From the IMG/VR virus record IMGVR_UViG_3300021255_000050, positions 32,001 through 96,000 of that record: 64,000 nt of DNA; one strand, given 5' to 3'. The position numbers and the translations under genes were made by a program. A model generated the notes under the pieces. It searched no databases. It had not been told where the DNA came from and worked only from the letters and a program-made list of their open reading frames with translations. Source of the DNA: a virus. Taxonomy: Duplodnaviria; Caudoviricetes. Of the stretch, positions 20,641 through 30,204 are shown piece after piece (within the stretch, counting starts at the first letter, position 1; every line of letters begins with the position of its first letter).

Positions 20641-21192
20641 CAATCTGTGATATGTACAGGCTTCCGCGCAGAACTCCCAGTTGGTTGGCGGCTCTGCGCT
20701 TTTATCTTGACCGATTTTTCCATAGGAGGAAGAAAAATGAGGCTTATAGACGCTGAACCCCTAGAAAATAGGGTAACAGAACTGCGAAAAGTGTTTCGAG
20801 GCGAGGCTCGCGAAGCTCTTGACCTCGTTGCTGCAGCAATAATCAAGGCTCCGACGGCTGAAATCGTAAGCGGAGAGCTTTGCGCCATCCGTTTCAAGGA
20901 AAGGACCGGTAAAAATGCCACGAGCACGTAAGAAACCTGTCGAGATCGAGCCGGAAGAGCACAGCATTATCGTCAGAGTGCCGAAAAATACCATAAAGCT
21001 GGAGATTACAGCGTGGTTTGCTGACGAAAAAGGCGAGGAAATCATAAAAGCAACGAAAAAAACTCTCGCCAGATGACTACCGAAAGTGTCGTAAGCACTT
21101 CGAAGAAGAGGTCGGTGACGAAGATTACGATGCTATATATTGCCTAACCCCTAAGGGAGAAGAATTTCTCAGAGAACTGGAGGAAAAAGACT

Positions 21193-21732
21193 ATGATGAA
21201 CGTGAACGTTGAAGCTCCTTGGTACACTTTCCTGAAAAAGGTCCAGGCCCTTTTCGAAGGCGACCCTGAAATTGTTGTAGAACCGGACCTTACTGAACTT
21301 GAAGGCGGCAACCATGACTATGCCCTGATGATCGGTGTGAAGAACCACGAGAAATATCTCGCGCTGGACAGGATGATGCGCAAGGAACACACCTTTGGCA
21401 ACATCAGCGTCGAGGTTATGCTGTTCGATGAAGAGAATACTGCCAACGAAGAGAACGACCGCATCGAACTGTACCGCACCATCTTCAAGGGCAACCGTAT
21501 CGTGCGTGATGTGAAGGAACAGACCGACTTTACTGGCACAAAGTTTGGCTACGTCCGCTTCGAGCCTGAGGTCATCCAGTTCGATGACGACAACACTGCT
21601 GACTACAGCGGCCTGTGGAATGGTCTCGCCGAAGACATTGCCCGCGAAGTTTTCGTGGATGAGTTCTGCGGTGTCTACTTCTGCACTGTGGACAAGCGTG
21701 AGAACGCCGTTGCTGCTACTGCTGCCGAATAA
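21193..21732 (+). CDS. Conserved phage hypothetical protein
   Basis: 179-aa ORF with strong SD GGAGG, codon bias suggesting high expression, followed by a terminator. Confidence 0.75.
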   Translation: MMNVNVEAPWYTFLKKVQALFEGDPEIVVEPDLTELEGGNHDYALMIGVKNHEKYLALDRMMRKEHTFGNISVEVMLFDEENTANEENDRIELYRTIFKGNRIVRDVKEQTDFTGTKFGYVRFEPEVIQFDDDNTADYSGLWNGLAEDIAREVFVDEFCGVYFCTVDKRENAVAATAAE

Positions 21733-21745
21733 GAGATAATAAATT

Positions 21746-21788
21746 GACCCGGCCTTGGTTCTTTGTTAGAATCGGGCCGGGTCTTTTT
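21746..21788 (+). terminator. Rho-independent terminator upstream of integrase
   Basis: GACCCGGCC...GGCCGGGTC stem + TTTTT. Confidence 0.8.
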
Positions 21789-21800
21789 GGTGGTGATGTT

Positions 21801-23009
21801 ATGGAGATTACACTGGAAAGCCTGAAGAGCCTTATTAATGAGGCTGTTCGCGTGAACCTTGAAAACTGCATGACTACGCTGTTGACATCCGAATCGAAAG
21901 AGAAGGATGAAGATATGAAAAGATTCATGTACACTTACAATGATGGAAACGGCGACGAACAAACAGTAAGAATCTTTGGCAATTCAAGGACAGATGCTGA
22001 TAAAAAATTCCAGGACTTCATTAGCGATATTGATGAGGGCAGCATGACCTTCAGGCAGTTTATCGAGGACTATTATACGCAGGGTTTCCTGCCTAAAAAA
22101 GCTACAACACGCGCAACATACGAGTACTATATCGAGCACTATATGTATCCGATCATCGGTGATATAGAGCTGCTGAAAATAAAAGTGAAGCATGTGCAGC
22201 AGATCATGGACTACCTTGCGAACGGAAAAAAGAATGGGCTGAAGAAAAACATCGTAAGCGGAACCATATCGAGAGTCGTTGGTCTGCTATCTCACATAAT
22301 GCGCATAGCCCAGGCTTCGGATTTAATTCCGGCGAACCCTGTGAAGACCGTACTGCTGCAGAACAGGGGAGAGGAAAGCGGCCACCATATAGCACTCGCT
22401 GATGAGGACATACACTACATCAAGACACAGCTGCCGGAAATGGAAGACGACCACGAGAAGGTTTGCCTTGCGCTTATCGCATACACAGGCTGCAGACCAG
22501 AAGAGATCCGTGGGATTCGGTGGGAAGATGTGGACCTTGCTGAGCGCTATATCAGCATCAAGCGAGCTGTTACATATGCTGGAAAGAAAAACAGGACCAA
22601 TGTTGATACACCAAAGACTGAAGCATCAAAGCGCACCGTATATATCCCGGAGCCTCTGCTGCGAATCCTCGAATCAGTTAAGGATAAGCGTGGCTACCTC
22701 GTGCACGCGATTCGGAATAAGGAGAACCCTATCCCGGAAAGCTCATGGAAGCGCTTGATCAAATCGGGCTTTACAAATCTCGGCATCAGTGGCTGCACGC
22801 CGTATGACTTTAGAGCGACGTTCGCGACACAGTGCAAGGAGAGCGGCATCACAAGCGCACAGGTCGCTGATTTGATGGGCCACGCTGATACGAGGATGGT
22901 CGAGACGGTATATGCAAAGACGAGACACCAGAGCGTTATGAAGCAGAGCGCAAAACTTGAGGCATTGAACGAGCAGTATACCAAGCACGTCACTAAAAAC
23001 GAGGCTTGA
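21801..23009 (+). CDS. int: Tyrosine integrase (start may be 21915)
   Basis: TGCRPEE (R), TPKT (K), YDFR (HxxR variant), LMGH, VY catalytic residues. Confidence 0.92.
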   Translation: MEITLESLKSLINEAVRVNLENCMTTLLTSESKEKDEDMKRFMYTYNDGNGDEQTVRIFGNSRTDADKKFQDFISDIDEGSMTFRQFIEDYYTQGFLPKKATTRATYEYYIEHYMYPIIGDIELLKIKVKHVQQIMDYLANGKKNGLKKNIVSGTISRVVGLLSHIMRIAQASDLIPANPVKTVLLQNRGEESGHHIALADEDIHYIKTQLPEMEDDHEKVCLALIAYTGCRPEEIRGIRWEDVDLAERYISIKRAVTYAGKKNRTNVDTPKTEASKRTVYIPEPLLRILESVKDKRGYLVHAIRNKENPIPESSWKRLIKSGFTNLGISGCTPYDFRATFATQCKESGITSAQVADLMGHADTRMVETVYAKTRHQSVMKQSAKLEALNEQYTKHVTKNEA

Positions 23010-23051
23010 GCCGTTGAGATATAAGGCTTCGTGATGCACAAGCACGTCACT
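22982..23051 (+). repeat. Direct repeat CAAGCACGTCACT x2, putative integrase arm sites
   Basis: Exact 13-bp copies at 22982-22994 and 23039-23051, between the int 3' end and the att core. Confidence 0.6.
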
Positions 23052-23124
23052 TTTTCAGGACCCGCCAATTTAATATTAATAAACAAAAACCGCTGCAGCC
23101 TTATGCCACAACGGTTCCCGACAA

Positions 23125-23168
23125 GTGGGGTTTAGAGGACTCGAACCTCCGACCTTTACGATGTCAAC
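23125..23168 (-). other. attP core: 3' half of tRNA-Val(GAC)
   Basis: Minus strand GTTGACATCGTAAAGGTCGGAGGTTCGAGTCCTCTAAACCCCAC = anticodon loop TT-GAC-AT, T-arm and acceptor 3' strand; no 5' half; adjacent to int. Confidence 0.85.
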
Positions 23169-23257
23169 ACATAGTCATGCCAGCAACGTTGGGTTTACGC
23201 AGTTCGAATCTGCATGCTGGAATCATTCGCGCTCTCTAGATATGTAGAGCGCACAAT

Positions 23258-23293
23258 AAAATAGGGGCGTCACGATTTGTGACACCCCATTTT
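23258..23293. terminator. Bidirectional terminator between convergent arms
   Basis: AAAATAGGGGCGTCAC-GATTT-GTGACACCCCATTTT. Confidence 0.7.
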
Positions 23294-23297
23294 AATA

Positions 23298-23630
23298 TCA
23301 GCCGTCGGCAGCTTCTTTAATCCCTGCAGCAATCTGCTTAATATCAAGCTCTTGCCATGCGGCGCTAATCGCATTAAGGACTTCGTTAGTTTCGACGTTC
23401 CAACCGTCGGCCTTCAACTGATCGATAGCGCACTTGAGCTTTTCTTCTCCATGGCCGCGACCATACAGAGCCTCGGCAGCTTCAACAGCAATCATCGCAG
23501 CATCAACCAAACCAGCCTGCTCAATGTAGGGCCGGATGGTTCGCCGGTATAGGCGGTTAAACAAGAACGTAACAACAATAATTACTGCGGTAAGGATCGC
23601 AGTCCACGGCAGCTCTTTCAGAAACTCCAT
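23298..23630 (-). CDS. Phage holin (LL-H-like)
   Basis: N-terminal TM helix; AVEAAEALYGRGHGEEKL motif; last gene of the lysis block. Confidence 0.75.
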   Translation of the reverse strand: MEFLKELPWTAILTAVIIVVTFLFNRLYRRTIRPYIEQAGLVDAAMIAVEAAEALYGRGHGEEKLKCAIDQLKADGWNVETNEVLNAISAAWQELDIKQIAAGIKEAADG

Positions 23631-23642
23631 ACAATCACCTCG

Positions 23643-23894
23643 TTAACCTTCAGTATCATCATCTCTGCGGGCAGTAAAGTTCTCGACACTTGCTCGCCCA
23701 AAGTAGCCCGTAACAACAACACCCGCGAGCGTTGCGAATATCTGGACGAGGCTGGTCACAGCATTAATCTGGTTCGGGTCGCAGCATACGAAGACGCACA
23801 GCGCGATCGCGACGAGTACGAGTATGAAGACGCCAAGGAGCGACCACTTTGTAACGCGCTTGCTGTAAGCGATATATTCTTTTTCAGCTTTCAA
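23643..23894 (-). CDS. Two-TM holin-like protein
   Basis: Two hydrophobic helices, GYFG.A..EN C-terminus; within the lysis block. Confidence 0.6.
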   Translation of the reverse strand: MKAEKEYIAYSKRVTKWSLLGVFILVLVAIALCVFVCCDPNQINAVTSLVQIFATLAGVVVTGYFGRASVENFTARRDDDTEG

Positions 23895-24360
23895 TTGGAC
23901 ATCCCTTCAGTTTCTCTTTAAAGTCTCCTGGGACATGGTTTCGTCCACCTTTAATATAGGCATCATAAATGCGCTCGAGGGATGCGACCTTTGAAACGCT
24001 GATCGGCTCCTTACGAACGCAGTGCTGCGTGTATGCTTCCATCAGCTGATAGTACGTCAGGGAGGATGACTGTTCCTGAACATCAGCCATAGTCGCTTTA
24101 AGCTCGTCGATTCGCTCGAAGACCTTGTCGATGAGCTTGGCTTGTTCTTCATCTCGCTTGCGGACATTCTTGTCGAGGTTGTCAACAGCTTGCATAATAC
24201 GTGCTTCCATGTCATCATGGTCCACCTTATCTTTCGCTTTCTTTCCAAACCACGCAATGATGAGTTCGATGTTCTTAACGAGACTTACGATAATGGCGAG
24301 GCCAGCGCCGATGGTTACGGCGAGACCCCAGCCTGTTGATAAGAGAGCCTCCATAGGCAT
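23884..24360 (-). CDS. Membrane-anchored lysis-module protein
   Basis: N-terminal TM, coiled coil, Y.AY..GGRNH C-terminus. Confidence 0.55.
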   Translation of the reverse strand: MPMEALLSTGWGLAVTIGAGLAIIVSLVKNIELIIAWFGKKAKDKVDHDDMEARIMQAVDNLDKNVRKRDEEQAKLIDKVFERIDELKATMADVQEQSSSLTYYQLMEAYTQHCVRKEPISVSKVASLERIYDAYIKGGRNHVPGDFKEKLKGCPIES

Positions 24361-24367
24361 TCCTCCA

Positions 24368-25741
24368 TTAAATTCGGACCCCAGCTTCTTTCATTGCTGC
24401 AGCAAGAGATTTTGCTACAGATTCGCTGAGTGTAATAGTAACGACAGGTTCTACAGCCGGCGGCATCGGTGCGATTTCCTCGCTCGGAACCATTGGTGCA
24501 GCAAGGAATTGAGACATGATGTAGCCGCTCTTTCCGTTAAACGAAACCGGAGTCCAACCACCAGAGGGTTCGCCGGCGGTTACGATGGTGCCAACAGGCA
24601 GCTGCTGGATAATAGCGGCATCGGCGCTCGGCTGGTGCCGGAAATTAACGCTCTTGCCGTTTGCTGATGTAATGACCATGGTCATATGCACATCTTCTTT
24701 CTTTGTAGGGTTAGTATAGTCAATGCCTTTCAGCTCGCCCCAGTGGGACCACGTGGTCACCTTTGATTTGATGACGCCGGTCTTTGCCCCTTGCGCTTCG
24801 ATTACCTCGCCATTGCCAATGTACAGGCCAATGTGGTGGTAGCGCTTCTTCGGGTCTGGGTCGTACTTAAAGACTGCAGTGCCGGGGAGAAGCTCCTTGC
24901 CATCAATGCGCTTGCCGCGGGCGAGGGCGCCATTTGCTGTGCAGCCTTTGGACCAGATGGAGTTCGAGCCGTGGTAAATAGTCTGGCCGTGCTTCTTGAA
25001 AGCGTAAACAAAAAGACCAGAGCAGTCAGTAACGTTGTGGTTGATCCACTTCGAACCATACTTGATCGAGTATGTGTAGTTGGGATCAGAAGCTTTCGTT
25101 TCTTTCAGCCGAGCTTGCTTGGCAGCGGACCACACCTCGCCGCTCGTGCCATAGATGTAGCCGAAGTTGCTGGTGAGAGCATACTCGAATTCGGAGATAA
25201 GTGTTTCAGGAATCATAAGGTCACCACCTTGTATGGTTGATCCGGGATAATAAAAAGCGAGGATTTCCTCGCAGCTTTTGCCATGCTCCGCAGCATAGAT
25301 CGCACCAACCTGGCTCATGCCTACGCCGTGGCCGAGCTTCACACCATCGCTTGCTGCGGAATCCCATTCATCAGGCTGCGAGATAAGGTAAGGTCGCGAC
25401 CCGCCCCAGCGTTCTGCGGATGAAGTTGTGTGGCCGCCGTTCGAGTGCGAGTAGGAGCAGGGCGAGAGCAGCTTATCGTTGTAGGTGAGGACGCGACCGG
25501 CGGTAGCGCGGGCTGCAGTTATGGCATTTGGGTATGTAGTGTTATTAAGCCTTTCAATACGGAAAGCTTGGGCCGACGAAGATGAATCTGAGATAGCTTT
25601 GCCAGCTTGAATATATGAATATGCCAGTGTTCGAGACGCAATTGCTTGGGCTTTACATGCTTCGAGCGGGGCATTGCCAATTTCGGAAGCAACTACGCAG
25701 GAAATATAATCCTCCAGATCAAAATAAATAACGCTGCCCAC
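24368..25741 (-). CDS. Endolysin: SpoIID/LytB-like + NlpC/P60 + SH3b
   Basis: LEDYI..VVASE, KAQAIASRT, GHGVGMSQ.GA (SpoIID); DCSGL, HHIGLYIG (NlpC/P60); VNFR..PS...GYIMSQFL (SH3). Confidence 0.88.
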   Translation of the reverse strand: MGSVIYFDLEDYISCVVASEIGNAPLEACKAQAIASRTLAYSYIQAGKAISDSSSSAQAFRIERLNNTTYPNAITAARATAGRVLTYNDKLLSPCSYSHSNGGHTTSSAERWGGSRPYLISQPDEWDSAASDGVKLGHGVGMSQVGAIYAAEHGKSCEEILAFYYPGSTIQGGDLMIPETLISEFEYALTSNFGYIYGTSGEVWSAAKQARLKETKASDPNYTYSIKYGSKWINHNVTDCSGLFVYAFKKHGQTIYHGSNSIWSKGCTANGALARGKRIDGKELLPGTAVFKYDPDPKKRYHHIGLYIGNGEVIEAQGAKTGVIKSKVTTWSHWGELKGIDYTNPTKKEDVHMTMVITSANGKSVNFRHQPSADAAIIQQLPVGTIVTAGEPSGGWTPVSFNGKSGYIMSQFLAAPMVPSEEIAPMPPAVEPVVTITLSESVAKSLAAAMKEAGVRI

Positions 25742-25963
25742 AGTCGTATGAAAGTAGGCAGCGTTATTTGCGTTGGTAAGTTTTATGTCAATATTCAGAC
25801 GAAAAGATACTCCAACGGGATATTGACATAATGGTTATTGTTATCTGGAGGAAGATCATAACAAGGTCTGTCGTCTATGGCAACATATATTTTGTCACCA
25901 TAAAGAACGACATCATTTTCTTTGAACGACAAGCCGTTCAACCATTCGCCGCGAACAACGTAG

Positions 25964-26092
25964 TTACTCGGCATAAGGTTCACCGACGATTTCTTCATAC
26001 TGTTCAGGAGTGATAACACCCTTCTTGACAGCATTGGCTACCATGGTCTTAGTCCACAGACGCGGATACCACTTCTTAATCTTCTCAAACAT
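25964..26092 (-). CDS. XkdX-like small protein (42 aa)
   Basis: MFEKIKKWYPRLWTKTMVANAVKKGVITPEQYEEIVGEPY. Confidence 0.8.
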   Translation of the reverse strand: MFEKIKKWYPRLWTKTMVANAVKKGVITPEQYEEIVGEPYAE

Positions 26093-27281
26093 TCTCATCA
26101 ACCTCCACTTCGTCTTCGGGAAGCTCAATATCGGCCATCATAGCGATGTATTCCTGGAAGGCCTCGAACTTCTCCATAGCCAGTTCCATAACGTCATTGC
26201 GCTGCTTCACTCTGGCAGCAACCAGTTCCTTGTTCAGAATCATAGTAACACCCTTTCTTTGTTTAAGGTATAATCTATGCATATTAGAGCGAGCACCGCT
26301 TGTATTACCGTGCTTCGCGTATGCATTCAAACATGTATAACTCTCATTATATTTTCCCAATGGCATTATACCAGCAGAAACTTTACGAATCAACTTCTTC
26401 AGCTTTGACCGCTCACGCTTTGAAGACGCTTTTGAAAGCTTTCTCAAAACCTTACCTGTTCGTGTAAGGATAAAGCGCCACTTGAGAAATACAATGCCTT
26501 GGGATAATTTATAAATACAAGTTTTCTTGTTTAGCGTTAATCCCATCTCAAATAACTTTTCTTTGATTACATTTAAACAATACTGTAGATAAGCCTTATC
26601 TTCATGAATAAGAATAAAATCATCCATGTAACGAATGTAGTGCTTGATATGCAATTTTTCTTTAATGAAGTGGTCAAGATCATCCAGCACAGCAAGTTGT
26701 ATTAATTGACTTACCTGACTGCCAAGACCAATACCACGATCGCTACCAAAAGAATCAATTATATCAACAGTATATTTGTATGCCATGTCGTCTTTTACTC
26801 TTTTGCGAACAGCAGCTTTAGCAACATCATGAGGTGTTTCCGGGAAGAAGTGATGTATATCACACTGCAGAACATATCCATCACAACCGCTTTCTCTATA
26901 GTACTTATGCAAGTGATGGTTCATTCTATCAAGAGCAAACGTTATTCCTTTGCCAACATGACAAGCGCAATTATCATAAATAAAACTTCTTGTAATAGCC
27001 GGAGTAAGAATGTTATCACAAAGAGAACGCTGAAAAGCACGGTCGCGAACACGAGTCGCAACGATTTCTCGCTCTTTGGGTTCGTGAATGGAAAATATCT
27101 GATAAGGACTTATCTTGTATGATCCATCCAAAAGAGATTTGCGCAGCGAATGAACTTCACGTGATAAACTCAAAGAGAATTTGACTACAGAATCTTTCCA
27201 CATAACATTTCTGCAGGATTTCTTCGCACCTATCCAAAGCTGTTCGAAGCTAATTGCTTCTTCAAATGTCTTTATATCCAT
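26085..27281 (-). CDS. DGR reverse transcriptase
   Basis: EPKER.I, RDR, CDIHHFF, GIGLGSQVSQ (DGR-type SQ), YIRYMDDF; next to TR and avd. Confidence 0.95.
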   Translation of the reverse strand: MDIKTFEEAISFEQLWIGAKKSCRNVMWKDSVVKFSLSLSREVHSLRKSLLDGSYKISPYQIFSIHEPKEREIVATRVRDRAFQRSLCDNILTPAITRSFIYDNCACHVGKGITFALDRMNHHLHKYYRESGCDGYVLQCDIHHFFPETPHDVAKAAVRKRVKDDMAYKYTVDIIDSFGSDRGIGLGSQVSQLIQLAVLDDLDHFIKEKLHIKHYIRYMDDFILIHEDKAYLQYCLNVIKEKLFEMGLTLNKKTCIYKLSQGIVFLKWRFILTRTGKVLRKLSKASSKRERSKLKKLIRKVSAGIMPLGKYNESYTCLNAYAKHGNTSGARSNMHRLYLKQRKGVTMILNKELVAARVKQRNDVMELAMEKFEAFQEYIAMMADIELPEDEVEVDENV

Positions 27282-27453
27282 AATAAAAGAACTACCGGGT
27301 TAATAGGCTAAGCCCTTGCGGGTTCATATCTTTGTCCCATACGTACAAAGTCACGGCCATCACCGGCTTGTATTCACCCATACAGGTTATGTTGCAAACT
27401 CCCTGAATCATGCACTGATTTCACTTAAACGTTACTTTATTCTCGCTTTGTAT

Positions 27454-27581
27454 CCAGTCCGCGGCCAGCCCGTTCGCGTTGTTCGCATTATTGTTGTTGG
27501 GGGCGCCGGAGGTGTTGACGTTACGCACATTGTTTGCATTAGTCGGGTTAGGACCACGCAACCACCAATTGCGGGCAGCAG
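27454..27581 (-). repeat. DGR template repeat (TR)
   Basis: 128-bp gap-free match to VR 28210-28337 with 22 mismatches, 21 at TR adenines; AAC/AAT-rich. Confidence 0.95.
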
Positions 27582-27609
27582 CTTATAGTTTGCAACCTAG
27601 AGTAAACAG

Positions 27610-28119
27610 TTACGCTATCTGTTGTTTCAGCAGAAAATCATTGAGCCTTGCAAGCTCATGAACGATTTGATGCATGACATTTTGCTCCTGGAATATTTTG
27701 GCATCAGAAATAATCTCTGCGTATGATTTGCGATCACCTTTTCTCCAGGCGATAAGCAGCTTGGATGTTTCGTCGATTAGTTCTTGCCAATAGTCCATGC
27801 TAAGATCTTTTAAGTATCCAAGATCAATAGCAAGATTAATGTCAGCCTCAAGAGCTTCTAACGAATTTTGAGCTTCAATCATATAGTCTCTCCGTTTTGT
27901 ATAATCTTCATAAGTTTTTACATTGATTCGGTTTGCTTTTCGAATGTAGCGATATACATCAAGCGCATCATTTTTAAGATCACTACCTATGATCCATCGT
28001 TGCGATTTTGGAATATGTTTTTCGCTTTTCAGCCCAGTTAATACAGTGTATGCAAGCTGCCGGGCTTTAACCGCTACTTGTAGCTTACCTTCACTCCTGT
28101 CATACTTTGGAACAGACAT
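27610..28119 (-). CDS. avd: DGR accessory variability determinant (Avd-like four-helix bundle)
   Basis: MSVPK..R, PK..RW, I.KAN, W..L......L.AW; lies between target gene and TR. Confidence 0.8.
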   Translation of the reverse strand: MSVPKYDRSEGKLQVAVKARQLAYTVLTGLKSEKHIPKSQRWIIGSDLKNDALDVYRYIRKANRINVKTYEDYTKRRDYMIEAQNSLEALEADINLAIDLGYLKDLSMDYWQELIDETSKLLIAWRKGDRKSYAEIISDAKIFQEQNVMHQIVHELARLNDFLLKQQIA

Positions 28120-28139
28120 ATGATTTCACTCCTTTATGC

Positions 28140-28171
28140 GTGTTCCCCACCCCTTGCGGGGCAGGGAACAC
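28140..28171 (-). promoter_or_regulatory. GC-rich hairpin downstream of VR (DGR target-recognition hairpin)
   Basis: GTGTTCCC-TG-CCCC-GCAA-GGGG-TG-GGGAACAC, ~40 nt after the VR. Confidence 0.7.
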
Positions 28172-28200
28172 TGTAATTCGATTAGAAATTCTACCGGATT

Positions 28201-29634
28201 TTAGATTGCCCAGGCCGCGGCCAGCCCGTACGCGCTGTTCGCAAGATCGCCGTAGGTGGCGCCGGAGGGGCGGACGCAACGCACAAAGTTCGCAAGAGTC
28301 GGGTCAGGACCACGCAACCACCAAATGCGGGCAGCAGAGTTCAGCTTCTTGATTCTGTCAGCATTTGTAGCACCATTGTAGTAAGCATAAGGCACAGTCT
28401 TGCTTGTGGCAGAACCATCGACGCCATAGCTGGTTTCGCTGATGCTGTTATTCTGACCGAAACCGACTTCGGTATTGCTGACAAGGAACACATAGTCTTC
28501 AGTCTCGACGAAACCGTCGCCATCGCAAGTGCCGAGAGCGTGAATCTTCTTAACCTTCTTCATAACCTTGCGCAGTGCAGGATCAATCATGGACAGGAAA
28601 CCAACCATAGTTTCGACGTTGGCGGGCGGGAAATCCCACTCGTTTTGCTTGGTGAACCAGCCGGTCCCGGCGCTGTTCAGACGCTGCCGGATGTTGGACT
28701 GGTCCCAGCGGTTGCAGCCATGCGCCTGCCGCCGAGTATAGTTCATGTGTGCGGTCTTGATGCCGACATCTTCAGCGGTGCAGGTGCCGAGGCTTGTGCC
28801 TTCGGGAGCATCAATGGTTTCCAGCTGCTCAATCTGAATAAAGTTGGGACCGTAGGTAATAAACTTACCAGCCAGAAGAGCTGCGCGGGTATAGGTGTTA
28901 TCGGACCGATATACACCGAGGGTGCTGTGACGAACATAGCCGCCAGCAGGAACGTCCTGCGTTGGAGTGAAACCAATCGTACCATCCTGGCTGGTGGAGT
29001 TGTTGTAGGCGCCCTTCAGCACTTCGATGGTATAGGTGGTGCCGGAGGTAAGGCCGCTGGGATAATCGGTCGGATCAACATAGAAGAGAGCTTCCGGCGC
29101 GTCAAATTGCATATTCTGCAGGCAGTTCAGCATCTGCATAGTCATGCTGTGCTTGAACTCAGAGTTCGCTGGGGTGTCGTAATCGTGGTCCAGCACAACA
29201 ACTTCAACGGAGTTGTCGGTTTCGGTAACAACGATCGTATCGTTAGCATCGGGGGTGCCTTCGAAGGTAATACCGTACTCAGCGATGTTCACGGAGTTGC
29301 CGTTGAGCTTCCACACAACACCATCGTAAACGAACTCGTAGATCTTGTTCGCTACTTCGCCGGCAGCCTGAATGAATAGCACTTCGTTCACGGCGACACT
29401 GGCGATGCTGGAGCTTGTGGTGGTGACGGCCATGCCGGCTTCGATCTCAACGGTTTCGATGGTGCCGGTAGGCATAGCCTTGGCGCCGAGGCCCATATCA
29501 ACGAGGTTGCGCTGGCCAGCGAAGTTGATCTTCTGGTCCACGCCACCGGCCTGTGCAATGGCGATCACATTCAGCGCATTTACGATTTCATGACCAGTGC
29601 TGTCAAGAATGATAGGGTTAGTAATTTCGGACAT
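28201..29634 (-). CDS. DGR target: receptor-binding fibre protein with C-terminal CLec-type (DUF6273-like) variable domain
   Basis: W..SNIR.RLN, VFLVS.TEV, WWLRGP motifs; VR at the 3' end. Confidence 0.9.
   Translation of the reverse strand: MSEITNPIILDSTGHEIVNALNVIAIAQAGGVDQKINFAGQRNLVDMGLGAKAMPTGTIETVEIEAGMAVTTTSSSIASVAVNEVLFIQAAGEVANKIYEFVYDGVVWKLNGNSVNIAEYGITFEGTPDANDTIVVTETDNSVEVVVLDHDYDTPANSEFKHSMTMQMLNCLQNMQFDAPEALFYVDPTDYPSGLTSGTTYTIEVLKGAYNNSTSQDGTIGFTPTQDVPAGGYVRHSTLGVYRSDNTYTRAALLAGKFITYGPNFIQIEQLETIDAPEGTSLGTCTAEDVGIKTAHMNYTRRQAHGCNRWDQSNIRQRLNSAGTGWFTKQNEWDFPPANVETMVGFLSMIDPALRKVMKKVKKIHALGTCDGDGFVETEDYVFLVSNTEVGFGQNNSISETSYGVDGSATSKTVPYAYYNGATNADRIKKLNSAARIWWLRGPDPTLANFVRCVRPSGATYGDLANSAYGLAAAWAI
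28210..28337 (-). repeat. DGR variable repeat (VR)
   Basis: Encodes AARIWWLRGPDPTLANFVRCVRPSGATYGDLANSAYGLAAAW; differs from TR at adenines. Confidence 0.95.
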
Positions 29635-29648
29635 ATAAAAACACTTCC

Positions 29649-29924
29649 TTATACAGAATAGGTAATACAAACACGCCCATCGACGATGGACAGGTTTAGC
29701 TTTTCCAGTGCGGTAGTGCGCTCTTCTACAGCGCTGACCACATCTTCTTCGGCGACCAACCGATCGTCGAGGTTTGCTGTATCTTCTTTCAATTGTGCGA
29801 CATCTGCCTTCATATCAATAAATTCCTGCGTTTTCTCCGCAGGAACGAGATGCCCTATAGCTTCTACAATTTTGCGACCAGTGGAGTCCAAAAGAATAGG
29901 ATCACTATGAATCATCTTCCTCAT
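29649..29924 (-). CDS. Small fibre-segment protein
   Basis: PILLDSTG N-motif, coiled coil, LNLSIVDGRVC C-motif. Confidence 0.65.
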   Translation of the reverse strand: MRKMIHSDPILLDSTGRKIVEAIGHLVPAEKTQEFIDMKADVAQLKEDTANLDDRLVAEEDVVSAVEERTTALEKLNLSIVDGRVCITYSV

Positions 29925-30204
29925 CCTCCCTGTATCTGCAGCAAAGTTTGCCGTTGATTATTTCGAGGCCAAGGTTCTGCAGCAGCGCGTCAATGGCTGT
30001 GTATTCCGGGATAACTTCTTCAAGCAGTCCGGCCACTTTGCCATCGAGTATGTCCACAGCTTCATCGAGGTCTACGAGCTTTTGTTTTTCTTCTGGTGAT
30101 GTGTGAATTGTCGCGTCAGCAATGTGAGCAGCTACGGCAGATCCAGAACCCGAGCCGCCGCTTTTTCTGGCAAGAGCAAGAGTGAGTATATCCATATGCA
30201 TCAC
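29905..30204 (-). CDS. Small fibre-segment protein
   Basis: MDILTLALAR, H..D..IH.S.EEK repeat unit, LGLEIINGKLC C-motif. Confidence 0.65.
   Translation of the reverse strand: MMHMDILTLALARKSGGSGSGSAVAAHIADATIHTSPEEKQKLVDLDEAVDILDGKVAGLLEEVIPEYTAIDALLQNLGLEIINGKLCCRYREDEEDDS

Noticed and set aside
23125-23168. Functional phage tRNA-Val gene
   Set aside because: Only the anticodon loop to 3' end is present; the 5' half is missing, as expected for an att core
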